Of a DNA stretch of 64,000 nucleotides, positions 52,578-62,155 are shown piece after piece (the stretch's first letter is position 1; each line of letters starts with the position of its first letter). The stretch is from assembly GCA_034521595.1 (NCBI GenBank), contig JAXHMG010000003.1:1632001-1696000 (forward strand), in the 5' to 3' direction. The stretch comes from Gemmatimonadota bacterium (GTDB taxonomy: Bacteria > Gemmatimonadota > Gemmatimonadetes > Longimicrobiales > Gaopeijiaceae). Position numbers and translations under genes: made by a program. The notes beneath the pieces were generated by a model that searched no databases, had not been told where the DNA came from, and saw only the letters and a program-made list of their open reading frames with translations.

Positions 52578-52605
52578 ATTTTGGCAAGATTTCAGCGCCG
52601 GTCAA
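52578..52605 (-). promoter_or_regulatory. Candidate promoter of rplU-rpmA, TTGACC-N16-CAAAAT
   Basis: AT-rich patch upstream of rplU. Confidence 0.5.
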
Positions 52606-52617
52606 GTCAACGCGGCG

Positions 52618-54177
52618 TTATATGGTTACGTATTTGTCCGTAACGTCGGTCTCGGCGGGTCCTGAGAGAAGCCGGAACTCGTCGAAGCGCATGAGCGGAT
52701 CGTCACGAAGGTCGAGCTCCAGCTTCGTCCGAGCACGCAGGCGCTTCAGGAACTCCGGTTCCTCCTCGAACACACGCAACGCAACCTCGGGGTGCACCCG
52801 TACCACGATACGCTTTTCGTCCTTCGACGCACCCGCCCGTCCCAGGCTCCGCTCGATCCGGCGCACTACCGTGGCCGGCGTGTAGACGCGCCCGGAGCCT
52901 CCGCAGGACGTACATGTACGGGTCAACGAGTTGAAGAGGGACGGCCGCACACGCTGACGCGTCATCTCGACGAGGCCGAGGTCCGAGATCTCGAACGTTT
53001 TCGTCCGGGCTCGGTCACGCCCGAGATGAGTGCGCAGTTCCTGCAGCACCTTGTCGCGGTGCTGCTGCGACTCCATGTCGATGAAGTCGACGACGATGAT
53101 GCCCCCCACGTCGCGAAGCCGCAGCTGCTTCGCGATCTCTCGCGCGGCATCCATGTTGGTCTTGAGGATCGTCTCGTCGGGATCCTTCTTGCCCTTCCCC
53201 GTGAACTTTCCCGTGTTCACATCGATCGACACCAATGCTTCCGTGGGCTCGATGACGACGTGGCCTCCGGATTTCAGTGGCACCGTGCTCTTGAAGGCCC
53301 GCTGAATCTCCTCTTCAATGTCGTACTCGTCGAAGAGGGGCACGGAGCCTTGGTGAAGGTGCACGCGGTCGAGTAGCTCCGGATCAACCGTCTGTACGTA
53401 GTCGACGACCTCATCGTAGATCGCCTTGGAATCCACCCGGAGGGCTTCGAACTTGTCGCTGAAGAGGTCGCGGATCACCCCGCTTATGAGCTTCGCGTCC
53501 TGGTGCACGGGCACGGGCGGCTTCTGCGACTTCGCCCGGTTCTGGATCTTCTTCCAGCGGCTGCTCAGCCGGTCGAAATCCTTTTGCAGGATCTCCTTGG
53601 TGACCTCTTCACTCACCGTTCGAACGATGATGCCGCCCGCGTCCTCCGGAAGGATGTCCCGGGCCATTTTTCTGAGCTTCGCGCGCTGCTCCCGCCCTTC
53701 GATCTTCCGGCTGACGCCCACGTGCGCGGAAAACGGCATGTACACCAGGAACCGCCCAGGCAGGGAAACCTGCGCGGTGAGCCGGGGGCCCTTGCTGCTG
53801 ATGGGCTCCTTGGTCACCTGGACGAGGATTTCCTGACCCTTTCGGAGACTCTCCTGGATCGGAGGAAGGTTGCGGTTCCGGCCTCGTCGTCCGCCGCCGT
53901 TCTCCTTACCGTTCCCGTTTCCGCTTTCGTCCTCGTCCGGATCTTCGTCGTCGTAGTTCAGATCCGAGACGTGCAGAAAGCCCGCTCTTTCGGTTCCGAT
54001 GTCGACGAACGCCGCCTGGATGCCGGGAAGTACCGCCTCGACCCTCCCCAAGAATATGTCTCCGACCACCCGGCTCTGGTCGGGTCGGTCGAGCATGACC
54101 TCGGCCAACTGATTGTCTTCGAGCAGCGCCACCCAGGACTCCTCGGGCGTCGCGCTCACGAGGATTTCTCTCCTCAA
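52618..54177 (-). CDS. rng: Rne/Rng family ribonuclease (RNase G-like)
   Basis: S1 domain AAFVDIG, IDVNTG, GGIIVVDFIDM, CxxC; TTG start (alternative 54189). Confidence 0.92.
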   Translation of the reverse strand: MRREILVSATPEESWVALLEDNQLAEVMLDRPDQSRVVGDIFLGRVEAVLPGIQAAFVDIGTERAGFLHVSDLNYDDEDPDEDESGNGNGKENGGGRRGRNRNLPPIQESLRKGQEILVQVTKEPISSKGPRLTAQVSLPGRFLVYMPFSAHVGVSRKIEGREQRAKLRKMARDILPEDAGGIIVRTVSEEVTKEILQKDFDRLSSRWKKIQNRAKSQKPPVPVHQDAKLISGVIRDLFSDKFEALRVDSKAIYDEVVDYVQTVDPELLDRVHLHQGSVPLFDEYDIEEEIQRAFKSTVPLKSGGHVVIEPTEALVSIDVNTGKFTGKGKKDPDETILKTNMDAAREIAKQLRLRDVGGIIVVDFIDMESQQHRDKVLQELRTHLGRDRARTKTFEISDLGLVEMTRQRVRPSLFNSLTRTCTSCGGSGRVYTPATVVRRIERSLGRAGASKDEKRIVVRVHPEVALRVFEEEPEFLKRLRARTKLELDLRDDPLMRFDEFRLLSGPAETDVTDKYVTI

Positions 54178-54361
54178 TGCAAGCTCCAATGTTGAGCACC
54201 GGGCCGCTCACCCTCGACGGCACCCCGTACGTCCCGGACTCGCCCACCACCGACTGTGGCACGACGAATCAGGCGACCACGAAGCACCCGCCGTTCTCGG
54301 GCCGGCCACCGGCATCGCACCGGCAAACGGACGACGCACGACGAGCCGCGCGACCCGACGA

Positions 54362-55627
54362 CTAGGCTGTGACCTCCGCCCGTTCCCGGGCGGGCTCATG
54401 TTGAGACTGCAACGGATCCGCCAGCACGTCCGCCAACATGTGGCGGGCGATGACCAGCTTCTGTACCTCGCTCGTGCCCTCGCCGATCTCACAGATCTTC
54501 GCGTCGCGCATCATACGCTCGACCGGATGCTCACTCGTGTACCCGGCCCCACCCATCACCTGGATCGCGCCGAGCGTGGCACGCATCGCGAGCTCCGAAC
54601 AGAAAAGCTTCGCCATCGCGGCCTCTTTCGAGAACGGCGCGCCCTGATCCTTGAGCCACGCCGCGTGGTACGTCAGATGCTTTCCGGCTTCGATCTCGGT
54701 CGCGAGATCGGAGAGGCGGAACTGGACCTGCTGGAAGTCCCACACCTTCTTACCGAACTGCTCGCGCTCGTTCACGTAGCGAACGGCCGTCTCGAATGCC
54801 CCCTCCGCGAGCCCGAGCGAAAGCGCGGCGACGCCGATCCGCCCCGCGTCGAGGGTCTTCATGAAGTTGACGAAGCCCAACCCTTCCTCGCCGAGCATTT
54901 GCTCGGCCGGCACGTACACGTCCTGCAGAAGCAACTCCCGTGTATCGGACGCCCGCCACCCCATCTTGTCTTCCTTCTCGCCGGCGGTCAGGCCCTCGCT
55001 GAACGGCAGATCGTCGCGATGGCCGAATCCGATCCGTTGAGCCGTGTTCAGGTCCACGGTCGGCTTGCACGCAATGAAGCTCGAGATGCCCCGAGCGCCC
55101 GCGTCCGCATCCGTCACCGCGGTCACGACGAAGATTTCACCCACACCGGCGTGGGTGATGAAGATCTTGGACCCGTTGAGGCGGTAGCCATCCCCTTCGG
55201 GGACCGCGCGGGTTCGGGTGCCCGAAGCGTCCGAACCCGCCCCGGGCTCCGTGAGCCCGAAGCCGCCGAGCACCTGGCCGCTCGCGAGCGGCGGAATGAA
55301 CCGCTCCTTCTGTTCACGTGTTCCGAACGCGAGGATGGGTGACAACCCGAGGGTCGTATGCGCCGAGACCGTGATGGAGTGACTCGCATCGACCTTGGCC
55401 AGCTCCTCGACCACCAGGATGTAACTGAGGTAGTCGCGCCCCATTCCCCCGAGATCTTCGGGAACCGGCACACCGAGGAGGCCCATCTCCCCCATCGTCT
55501 TCACGTTCTCCCACGGGAACGTGCAGCTCTCGTCGAGCTCGCGCGCCACCGGTGCGATGGCCTCCCGGGCAAAATCCCGTACCCGTTGTCTGAGCTGAAC
55601 GTGTTCGTCCGTGAGATATCGATCCAT
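54362..55627 (-). CDS. Acyl-CoA dehydrogenase (short/branched-chain type)
   Basis: [36 protein letters not shown]. Confidence 0.93.
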   Translation of the reverse strand: MDRYLTDEHVQLRQRVRDFAREAIAPVARELDESCTFPWENVKTMGEMGLLGVPVPEDLGGMGRDYLSYILVVEELAKVDASHSITVSAHTTLGLSPILAFGTREQKERFIPPLASGQVLGGFGLTEPGAGSDASGTRTRAVPEGDGYRLNGSKIFITHAGVGEIFVVTAVTDADAGARGISSFIACKPTVDLNTAQRIGFGHRDDLPFSEGLTAGEKEDKMGWRASDTRELLLQDVYVPAEQMLGEEGLGFVNFMKTLDAGRIGVAALSLGLAEGAFETAVRYVNEREQFGKKVWDFQQVQFRLSDLATEIEAGKHLTYHAAWLKDQGAPFSKEAAMAKLFCSELAMRATLGAIQVMGGAGYTSEHPVERMMRDAKICEIGEGTSEVQKLVIARHMLADVLADPLQSQHEPARERAEVTA

Positions 55628-55648
55628 GATCTTTCAGGTCACCAGATT

Positions 55649-57115
55649 TCAGATTGACAGTTTCGACTCACACCGGTCGCACCGACCGCAATGGGCAGGC
55701 GCGCGCTCTCCAAAGTAACGCAGGAGAGCCCTCCGGCGGCAGCCGCGGCCACGCGCGAAACGTCGAACCGCGTTGAGCTTGCGCACGACCACGGCTCGAC
55801 GACGCAGCAGTGGCGCGGTATCCACGCGGTGCTCGACCCATACCCAGGCGTCCTGAAACCCTCCGGACGGCGGTTCGGTTCCGTCTCTCCCGTCCGGGTC
55901 GGCGACCATGGTGATCGCACCGACACGCTCGAGTGCCCGGAGCACCCCTTCCCGCTCGGCAGCATCGGAGAGGCTCGCCGCACGCACGACCGGCGGCATG
56001 TCCGACGGGGACCTCGCCCTCAACCGTCGGATCCGACGGAGCGAAGCCCGGAGCTCCTTTCCGGATGGATGGGTGGCATCGATCATGTCCCGCTGGAGCT
56101 TCAGGTCCGGCGGCGCATAGAAGGCCACGCAGGCCGCGTCGTCCCCGTCCCGTCCAGCCCGCCCCGCTTCCTGATAGTAGGCCTCCAAGGTGCTCGGAAG
56201 ACTCACGTGAATCACCGTCCGTACGTCGGCCTTGTCGATCCCCATACCGAAGGCGTTGGTGGCCACGACGGTTCGGCAGGCTCCCTCCATGAACGCGCTT
56301 TGGACATGGGTTCTGGCTCCTCCGGACAGCCCCGCGTGGTACGCCTGGGCAGGCATCCCGAAGGCCGCGAGGCGGTCCCGCACCATCTCCACCCGTCCCC
56401 GCGTCGGGGCGTACACGATCGCCGGGCCCGGCCGGCGACGAAGGATCCGGTACGTCTCACGAACCCGTTCGCCGAGCGTCCGTCGGCGTAAGACGACCCA
56501 CGAGAGGTTGGCACGGTCGAACGAGCGCACCACCACCAGGGGCTTCGAGAGCCCCAAGCTGTCCACGACATCTTCCCTGACATCCGGCGTGGCCGTCGCG
56601 GTGAGCGCGAGCGTGGGACATTCGAGCACGGCTCCGAACCGTCCGATGCGCCGGTACGCCGGCCGGAACTCGTGGCCCCATTCGGAGATGCAGTGGGCCT
56701 CGTCGACCGCCAACAACCGCACATCCAGGTCTCGTAGCTCGCTCCGGAAGGACGCCAACTCGAGCCGTTCGGGCGCCACGAAGAGCACGTCGAGCGCACC
56801 GGATCGGGCCGCGGTCAAGGTCGCGCGCCGTTCGGCCGCCGTCTGCGTCGCGCTCATGAAGGCGCCGCGCAGCCCCACCTCGAGCGCCCGGCGCACCTGG
56901 TCCTCCATGAGCGACACGAGGGGCGTGAGGACGAGGGTGATGCCCCCCAGCGCGAGCGCCGGAACCTGGTAGCACACACTCTTCCCCCCTCCCGTCGGGA
57001 GCACTCCCAGCGCGTCCCGCCCCTCGAGCACGGCACGGACGAGCTCCTCCTGTCCCGGCCTGAACCCGGGATAGCCGAAGTGGCGCCGCAACAGTTCGCG
57101 GGGATCGGGAGCCAT
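55649..57115 (-). CDS. recQ: RecQ-family ATP-dependent DNA helicase (no HRDC domain)
   Basis: PTGGGKS, DEAHCISEWGH, ATNAFGMGIDK, QEAGRAGRD, CRR..CGRCDRC Zn site. Confidence 0.92.
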   Translation of the reverse strand: MAPDPRELLRRHFGYPGFRPGQEELVRAVLEGRDALGVLPTGGGKSVCYQVPALALGGITLVLTPLVSLMEDQVRRALEVGLRGAFMSATQTAAERRATLTAARSGALDVLFVAPERLELASFRSELRDLDVRLLAVDEAHCISEWGHEFRPAYRRIGRFGAVLECPTLALTATATPDVREDVVDSLGLSKPLVVVRSFDRANLSWVVLRRRTLGERVRETYRILRRRPGPAIVYAPTRGRVEMVRDRLAAFGMPAQAYHAGLSGGARTHVQSAFMEGACRTVVATNAFGMGIDKADVRTVIHVSLPSTLEAYYQEAGRAGRDGDDAACVAFYAPPDLKLQRDMIDATHPSGKELRASLRRIRRLRARSPSDMPPVVRAASLSDAAEREGVLRALERVGAITMVADPDGRDGTEPPSGGFQDAWVWVEHRVDTAPLLRRRAVVVRKLNAVRRFARGRGCRRRALLRYFGERAPAHCGRCDRCESKLSI

Positions 57116-57180
57116 GGACCAAGCTCACGGCGGTCACCGGGCGGACCCATGAGCGAACGAGCCTCTTACCGTCCGAAGGA

Positions 57181-57209
57181 CTCGAGCGTGGCGAGGCTCG
57201 AGCGTGGCG
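57181..57209. repeat. 13-bp direct repeat CTCGAGCGTGGCG x2
   Basis: Copies at 57181-57193 and 57197-57209, upstream of recQ. Confidence 0.8.
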
Positions 57210-57213
57210 GAAC

Positions 57214-57459
57214 TCAACCGCGGGGGGCGACTCCCGCGCGGTCGTCCTCCTGATCGTCCGAATCGTCATCGGGCATGATTTCCCGACCACCCGGCAAGAA
57301 CCGAAGGGTCAGACCGAGCCCCAGAACCACGATCGCGGCCCCGATCATCCAACCACGATCCAGCGCCATGCCCACCACGGCGAGGACCGCCCCGAGCGTG
57401 AAGAGCCGGACCTTCCATTCGAGGTGCCGACCGGCCCGCCGGGAGCGATCCAGAAGCAT
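57214..57459 (-). CDS. Small two-TM hypothetical protein
   Basis: Two hydrophobic helices and an acidic tail; fills the gap between co-oriented genes. Confidence 0.65.
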   Translation of the reverse strand: MLLDRSRRAGRHLEWKVRLFTLGAVLAVVGMALDRGWMIGAAIVVLGLGLTLRFLPGGREIMPDDDSDDQEDDRAGVAPRG

Positions 57460-57473
57460 GATCGTCGCGACCG

Positions 57474-58244
57474 TCAGCGGGGCGAGCGTTCGAGGAATCG
57501 CCGCACCCCGGCGCGGCACTCCTCCGACATGCGCGCCTCGACATTGACCCTCGCCCCCAGCTCGATGCCGTCCGCGAGATCCAAGCCGTCGAGATCATAC
57601 AGAAGGCGCTTGGTCAGTGCGACCGCGCCCGGTGGCCGTTTCGCGAGTCCCGCCACATAGTCACGCGTCGCGGCCTCGAAGGCGGCGGGATCGAAGACGT
57701 GCTGAACCAGCCCCAGATCCGCGGCGGTCGACGCGCTCACCCGGGCTCCGTTCACGACCATGTCGAACGCGCTCCCTTCGGAAACCTTCCGGCGGAGCAT
57801 GGCCATCACCATCGCGGGCACGAATCCGAGGTGCACTTCCGGGTACCCGAACTCGGCCCCCTCCTCCGCGACCACGACGTCACAGGCCGTCGCCAGCCCG
57901 CAGCCGCCGGCCAGCGCACGCCCGCGCACGAGCGCAACCACCGGACAGCGGTGCTCACGCATCCGGATGAACAACGCTCCGAGCGACCGGGCGTCCTCGA
58001 GGTTCTCGTCCGCCGACATGGTCGCGATGCGCTCGAGCTCCGTGAGGTCGGCACCCGAGCAAAAATCCTTCCCCGCACCGGTGACGGTGACGACACGGAC
58101 GGACTCGTCCGCATCAGCCCGGTCCAACGCTTCCTTCAGGGCCGCTACGAGGGAGCTGTCCAGGGCGTTCCTCTTGTCCGGCCGGTTCAGGGTGAGCGTA
58201 GCCACCCCGTCCTCGACCTCGTACAACAGAACCGGTTCGGTCAC
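57474..58244 (-). CDS. Enoyl-CoA hydratase (methylglutaconyl-CoA hydratase-like)
   Basis: LNRPDKRNAL, FCSGAD, AGGCGL, PEVHLGFVPA; GTG overlaps the upstream stop. Confidence 0.9.
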   Translation of the reverse strand: MTEPVLLYEVEDGVATLTLNRPDKRNALDSSLVAALKEALDRADADESVRVVTVTGAGKDFCSGADLTELERIATMSADENLEDARSLGALFIRMREHRCPVVALVRGRALAGGCGLATACDVVVAEEGAEFGYPEVHLGFVPAMVMAMLRRKVSEGSAFDMVVNGARVSASTAADLGLVQHVFDPAAFEAATRDYVAGLAKRPPGAVALTKRLLYDLDGLDLADGIELGARVNVEARMSEECRAGVRRFLERSPR

Positions 58245-58633
58245 ACGTACTCTCCCTGCTCCGGTTCCCATCCTTCCGGCACCCGCCCCCGGCCCCGAAC
58301 CGCCTCCGCGACCTCCTCGGGAACCTCGACCTCCATGCGCAGCATGGCCGTGCTGAACACCTTCCCCTGGGCGTCGTTCATGAGAGACATCGTGCCCCCG
58401 CCATCCAGCGCGCCATGGAGGAGGAAGTTGAGCGCATAGAGGTTCGGAAGCTCGAACCGCTCCACCTCTCCCGTGACCATCGGCCCGAAATGCTCCTTTA
58501 TTCGGTCGGGCGTGAGCTGTTCGACGAGAAGATCGTAGTGCTCGGGTTCGTAAGCGATGATCCCGACGTTGGCGGTATCACCTTTGTCACCCGAGCGCGC
58601 GTGCGCGAGGTGCACCAACTGAATGCGGCTCAT
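58241..58633 (-). CDS. AtuA-related small protein (C-terminal AtuA-like module)
   Basis: AHARSGDKGD, VERFELP, LDGGG..D.QGK. Confidence 0.88.
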   Translation of the reverse strand: MSRIQLVHLAHARSGDKGDTANVGIIAYEPEHYDLLVEQLTPDRIKEHFGPMVTGEVERFELPNLYALNFLLHGALDGGGTMSLMNDAQGKVFSTAMLRMEVEVPEEVAEAVRGRGRVPEGWEPEQGEYV

Positions 58634-60012
58634 ACGTCTTTCACCTCCACCACCAGGTGCGGCTGGACGGCTTCCTTCCGGATGAGGGCCGGCCAGTAGG
58701 CCATGATCTCTTGGACACGCGGACGCCCCCCGGCGAAGCCGGTCACGGACGGCGGCCCCGTAAGCACGAGTGGAGCGATCTCTCGTGAGAAGCGCTCGAC
58801 CGCGGCACGATCCTCCGAGCGCACTCCGATCCGGAGCTGAACCTCCGGAATGTCCGCCGGCGGAGGTCCGACCAACGCTCCGTGCGTCGAGTCCCAACCC
58901 ACCAACTCCGTGCGCACCTCATCGAACTCGAAGCCCAGCCGATCCAACCGCTCGCGAAGGATCCGGGCCGCGGCTCGTGCCTTTTGCGGAGCGTCCGGCC
59001 AGCCGTAGGTCAGCGTCCCGGTCGCCTTCCACCCGGCGGAATACGCGATGGACACCTTGAGGAAATCCGTCGCCGCGCTTCCTTGAATTCCGTGCACGCG
59101 GACGCGGTCCGGGCCAACCTCGTCGAGCTGAATCGTCGTGAAGTCGGCGATCACGTCGGGGGTGATATAATCCGTCGGATCGCCCATCTCATACAGGATC
59201 TGCTCGGCCACCGACGCTCGCGTCACACGGCCGCCCGTGCCGTCGTGCTTCGTGACCACGAAGCTTCCGTCCGGGGACACCTCCACGATCGGAAAGCCCA
59301 GATCGCTCATGTGGGGGATCTCCCACCAGTCGATCATGCAGTTCCCGCCCGTGCACTGTGCGCCGCACTCGTTGATGTGCCCCGCGATCACCCCGGAGGC
59401 GATCCGGTTCCAATCATCGGTGGCCCACCCGAACTCGTGCATCAGGGGACCGTAGGTGAGGGCCGTATCCGTGCTGCGTCCGGTCACGACGACGTCGGCC
59501 CCCTTCTCGAGAGCCTTCACGATCGGTCCCGCGCCGATGTACGCGTTCGCGCTTTGCACCGAATCGCGGATCGTCGAGAGCGGCTCGCCGGTTTCCATGT
59601 TGCGGAGCTCGTGCCCCTGTTCGAGCAACTCGTCGAGGCGCTCCATGAGGCCATCGCCGGTCACCAAGCCGACCTTGGCCTGACCGCTCACGCCCGCCTT
59701 CCGGCCGGCCTCGACCAGGGCCTCCGCGCAGCCTTCGGGATTCACGCCCCCGGCGTTCGTGACCACGCGGACGCTCCGCTCTACGCAGGTCGGGAAAATG
59801 CGTTCCATGAGAGGAACAAAGTCACGCGCGTATCCGGCCGCCGGATCCCGACCCCGCTGCTTTTGCATGATGGACATCGTGACCTCGGCCAGATAGTCCA
59901 TCATGAGGTAGTCGAGCGGGCCGCGTTCCACCTGGCGGACCGGCGCGTCCGGATCGTCACCCCAGAAACCCTGTCCACTCCCGACACGCACCGTACGATC
60001 GGTGCTGCTCAT
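58630..60012 (-). CDS. Acyclic terpene utilisation AtuA family protein (DUF1446)
   Basis: GFWGD, DYLAEVT, NAGGVNP, ANAYIG, GHINECG, QILYE, YITPDV. Confidence 0.92.
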   Translation of the reverse strand: MSSTDRTVRVGSGQGFWGDDPDAPVRQVERGPLDYLMMDYLAEVTMSIMQKQRGRDPAAGYARDFVPLMERIFPTCVERSVRVVTNAGGVNPEGCAEALVEAGRKAGVSGQAKVGLVTGDGLMERLDELLEQGHELRNMETGEPLSTIRDSVQSANAYIGAGPIVKALEKGADVVVTGRSTDTALTYGPLMHEFGWATDDWNRIASGVIAGHINECGAQCTGGNCMIDWWEIPHMSDLGFPIVEVSPDGSFVVTKHDGTGGRVTRASVAEQILYEMGDPTDYITPDVIADFTTIQLDEVGPDRVRVHGIQGSAATDFLKVSIAYSAGWKATGTLTYGWPDAPQKARAAARILRERLDRLGFEFDEVRTELVGWDSTHGALVGPPPADIPEVQLRIGVRSEDRAAVERFSREIAPLVLTGPPSVTGFAGGRPRVQEIMAYWPALIRKEAVQPHLVVEVKDV

Positions 60013-61631
60013 GCATCCTCCGGTATCTGGAAGGCCCCTACATGCGGGCCCTCGTTGTTCAATGAGGCTCTCAGGAGCAAGCTCAGCGCGGAGCGCAGCT
60101 CCTCCGGGAGCACGATCTCGTCGACAAAGCCGCGTGCGGCCGCGAAGCGGGCATCGAGTTGCCGCTCGTACTCGGCACGAACCTCGTCCATGCGGGTCTC
60201 GAGGTCTTCGTCCGGCGCCTTGCCTTCTTCCTTCAAGCGGTCGAGTTGCGCGCTAAAGAGGGCCATGACCGCGCTCTCCCCCTCCATGACCCCCATCCGC
60301 CCCGTGGGTAGCGAGAGAATGAAATCGGGATCGAAACCCTGCCCGGCCATGGCGTAGTAGCCCGCGCCCGACGCATGGTTCAAGGTGAGCACCAGCTTCG
60401 GAACGGTCGCCGTGGCCATTGCTTCCACGAACTCCGCGCCCGCCCGGATGATGCCCGAGTGCTCGGCTTCGGTTCCCACCATGAAGCCCGACACGTCCTG
60501 TACGAAGAGAATCGGGGTCCGGTGCCGGTTCATCGTCTCGATGAAGTAGGCCACCTTGCGAGCGCTCTCCGTGTAGACGATCCCGCCGAAGCGCGGCGGC
60601 CCACCCTTACCGCTCTTGAACATGCCGCGCGCGTTCGCGATCACGCCCACCGGCATCCCGTCGAGGAACCCGGTGCCGCAGAGCATCTCCTTGGCGTGCT
60701 CGGGTTGGAACTCTTCGATGCCGTCGCCGTCGAGGATGCAGTCGAGCACCTCCCGCGTGTCGTACGGCTGCCGATGGTCGTCCGGCAGAATGTCGTAGAG
60801 CTCCTGGACGAGGCGCTTCGGTGGTGTCGCTTCCCGCTCTCCGTGCTCCACGTCGGAGGGCAACTCGTGAACCAGACGCCGCAGTCGCTCGACACACTCC
60901 TGGTCGTCGTCGACCATGTAGTGAGCCACCCCGCTCACTTCGGTATGGACGCGCGCGCCCCCGAGCTCCTCCGAGCCGACGCTCTGCCCCGTGGCTCCTT
61001 TCACCAGATTCGGTCCGCCCAAACCCATGAACGAAGTGCCGTCCACCATGAGGATGACGTCCGACAGCGCCGGAAGATACGCGCCCCCCGCGATACACGG
61101 CCCCATCACGGCGGCGAGCTGCGGAATGCGCAGGTACCGGCGCATGATGGAGTTGTAGTAGAAGATCCGCGCCGCACCGTACTGGCCCGGGAACACTCCC
61201 CCCTGGTACGGGAGGTTCACACCCGCGGAGTCCACCAGATAGATGATCGGGATCCGGCAGCGCATCGCCACTTCCTGCGCCCGCAGGATCTTGGTGATGG
61301 TCTCCGGCCACCACGATCCGGCCTTGACCGTCGCGTCGTTCGCAACGACGACGACTTCCCGGCCTTCGACCCGCCCCACGACCGTGACGACTCCGGCACC
61401 CGGCGCCTTTCCGTCATACTGGTCGTGCGCCACGAGCATGCCGACTTCGACTCGGGGCTCGTCCGCGTCCAGAAGAAGATCGATCCGCTCCCGGGCGGTC
61501 AGCTTCCCCTGCTCGTGTTGCTTCTCGATCCGCTTCGGCCCACCCCCGAGCCGTAGGCGCTCACGAAGCTCTTGGAGCTCCTCCGCGAGCGTGCCGAGTC
61601 TTCCTTTTTCCTCCTTGGTTTCCGTCGCCAT
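60009..61631 (-). CDS. Acyl-CoA carboxylase beta (carboxyltransferase) subunit
   Basis: GKLTARERI, ANDATVKAG, CIAGGAY, DVSGFMVG, GAGYYAM. Confidence 0.93.
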   Translation of the reverse strand: MATETKEEKGRLGTLAEELQELRERLRLGGGPKRIEKQHEQGKLTARERIDLLLDADEPRVEVGMLVAHDQYDGKAPGAGVVTVVGRVEGREVVVVANDATVKAGSWWPETITKILRAQEVAMRCRIPIIYLVDSAGVNLPYQGGVFPGQYGAARIFYYNSIMRRYLRIPQLAAVMGPCIAGGAYLPALSDVILMVDGTSFMGLGGPNLVKGATGQSVGSEELGGARVHTEVSGVAHYMVDDDQECVERLRRLVHELPSDVEHGEREATPPKRLVQELYDILPDDHRQPYDTREVLDCILDGDGIEEFQPEHAKEMLCGTGFLDGMPVGVIANARGMFKSGKGGPPRFGGIVYTESARKVAYFIETMNRHRTPILFVQDVSGFMVGTEAEHSGIIRAGAEFVEAMATATVPKLVLTLNHASGAGYYAMAGQGFDPDFILSLPTGRMGVMEGESAVMALFSAQLDRLKEEGKAPDEDLETRMDEVRAEYERQLDARFAAARGFVDEIVLPEELRSALSLLLRASLNNEGPHVGAFQIPEDA

Positions 61632-62047
61632 CAGGCGACCTCCCGGGACGCGATCCAGTTACGGATGTAGTCGATCGCCTCGGAGGTCGGAGTGCCGGGG
61701 CCGAAGAGCTTACCCATCCCCCGCTCCTCCAGCTCCTTCATGTCCTCCTCCGGGATGATGCCGCCCCCCGTGAGCAGCACGTCATCCGCTCCCGCCTCGT
61801 CGAGAAGCTCCTTCACTCGAGGGAACAGCGTCATGTGGGCGCCGGACAGGACGGACATGGCAACCACGTCGACGTCCTCCTGAACGGCCGCGGCGACGAT
61901 CATCTCGGGCGTCTGGTGCAGGCCGGTATAGATGACCTCGAACCCCGCATCACGGAAGGAGCTCGCGATCACCTTGGCGCCCCGGTCGTGGCCGTCGAGG
62001 CCGGGCTTCGCCACGAGCACTCGGATCTTGCGATCAGTGTTGGACAT
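61631..62047 (-). CDS. Cobalamin-binding subunit of a split acyl-CoA mutase (methylmalonyl/isobutyryl-CoA mutase small subunit)
   Basis: [21 protein letters not shown] base-off/His-on motif. Confidence 0.93.
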   Translation of the reverse strand: MSNTDRKIRVLVAKPGLDGHDRGAKVIASSFRDAGFEVIYTGLHQTPEMIVAAAVQEDVDVVAMSVLSGAHMTLFPRVKELLDEAGADDVLLTGGGIIPEEDMKELEERGMGKLFGPGTPTSEAIDYIRNWIASREVA

Positions 62048-62155
62048 CGGGCACGTCCCCGCGTCAATCGTTGTGTGTGTGGAAGGAGGGAATGTACGGC
62101 TGAAAAAGATAGGGGAAGGCGGCCGTCGCGGGAATTCGGGACGCGAGAAGCAGGC

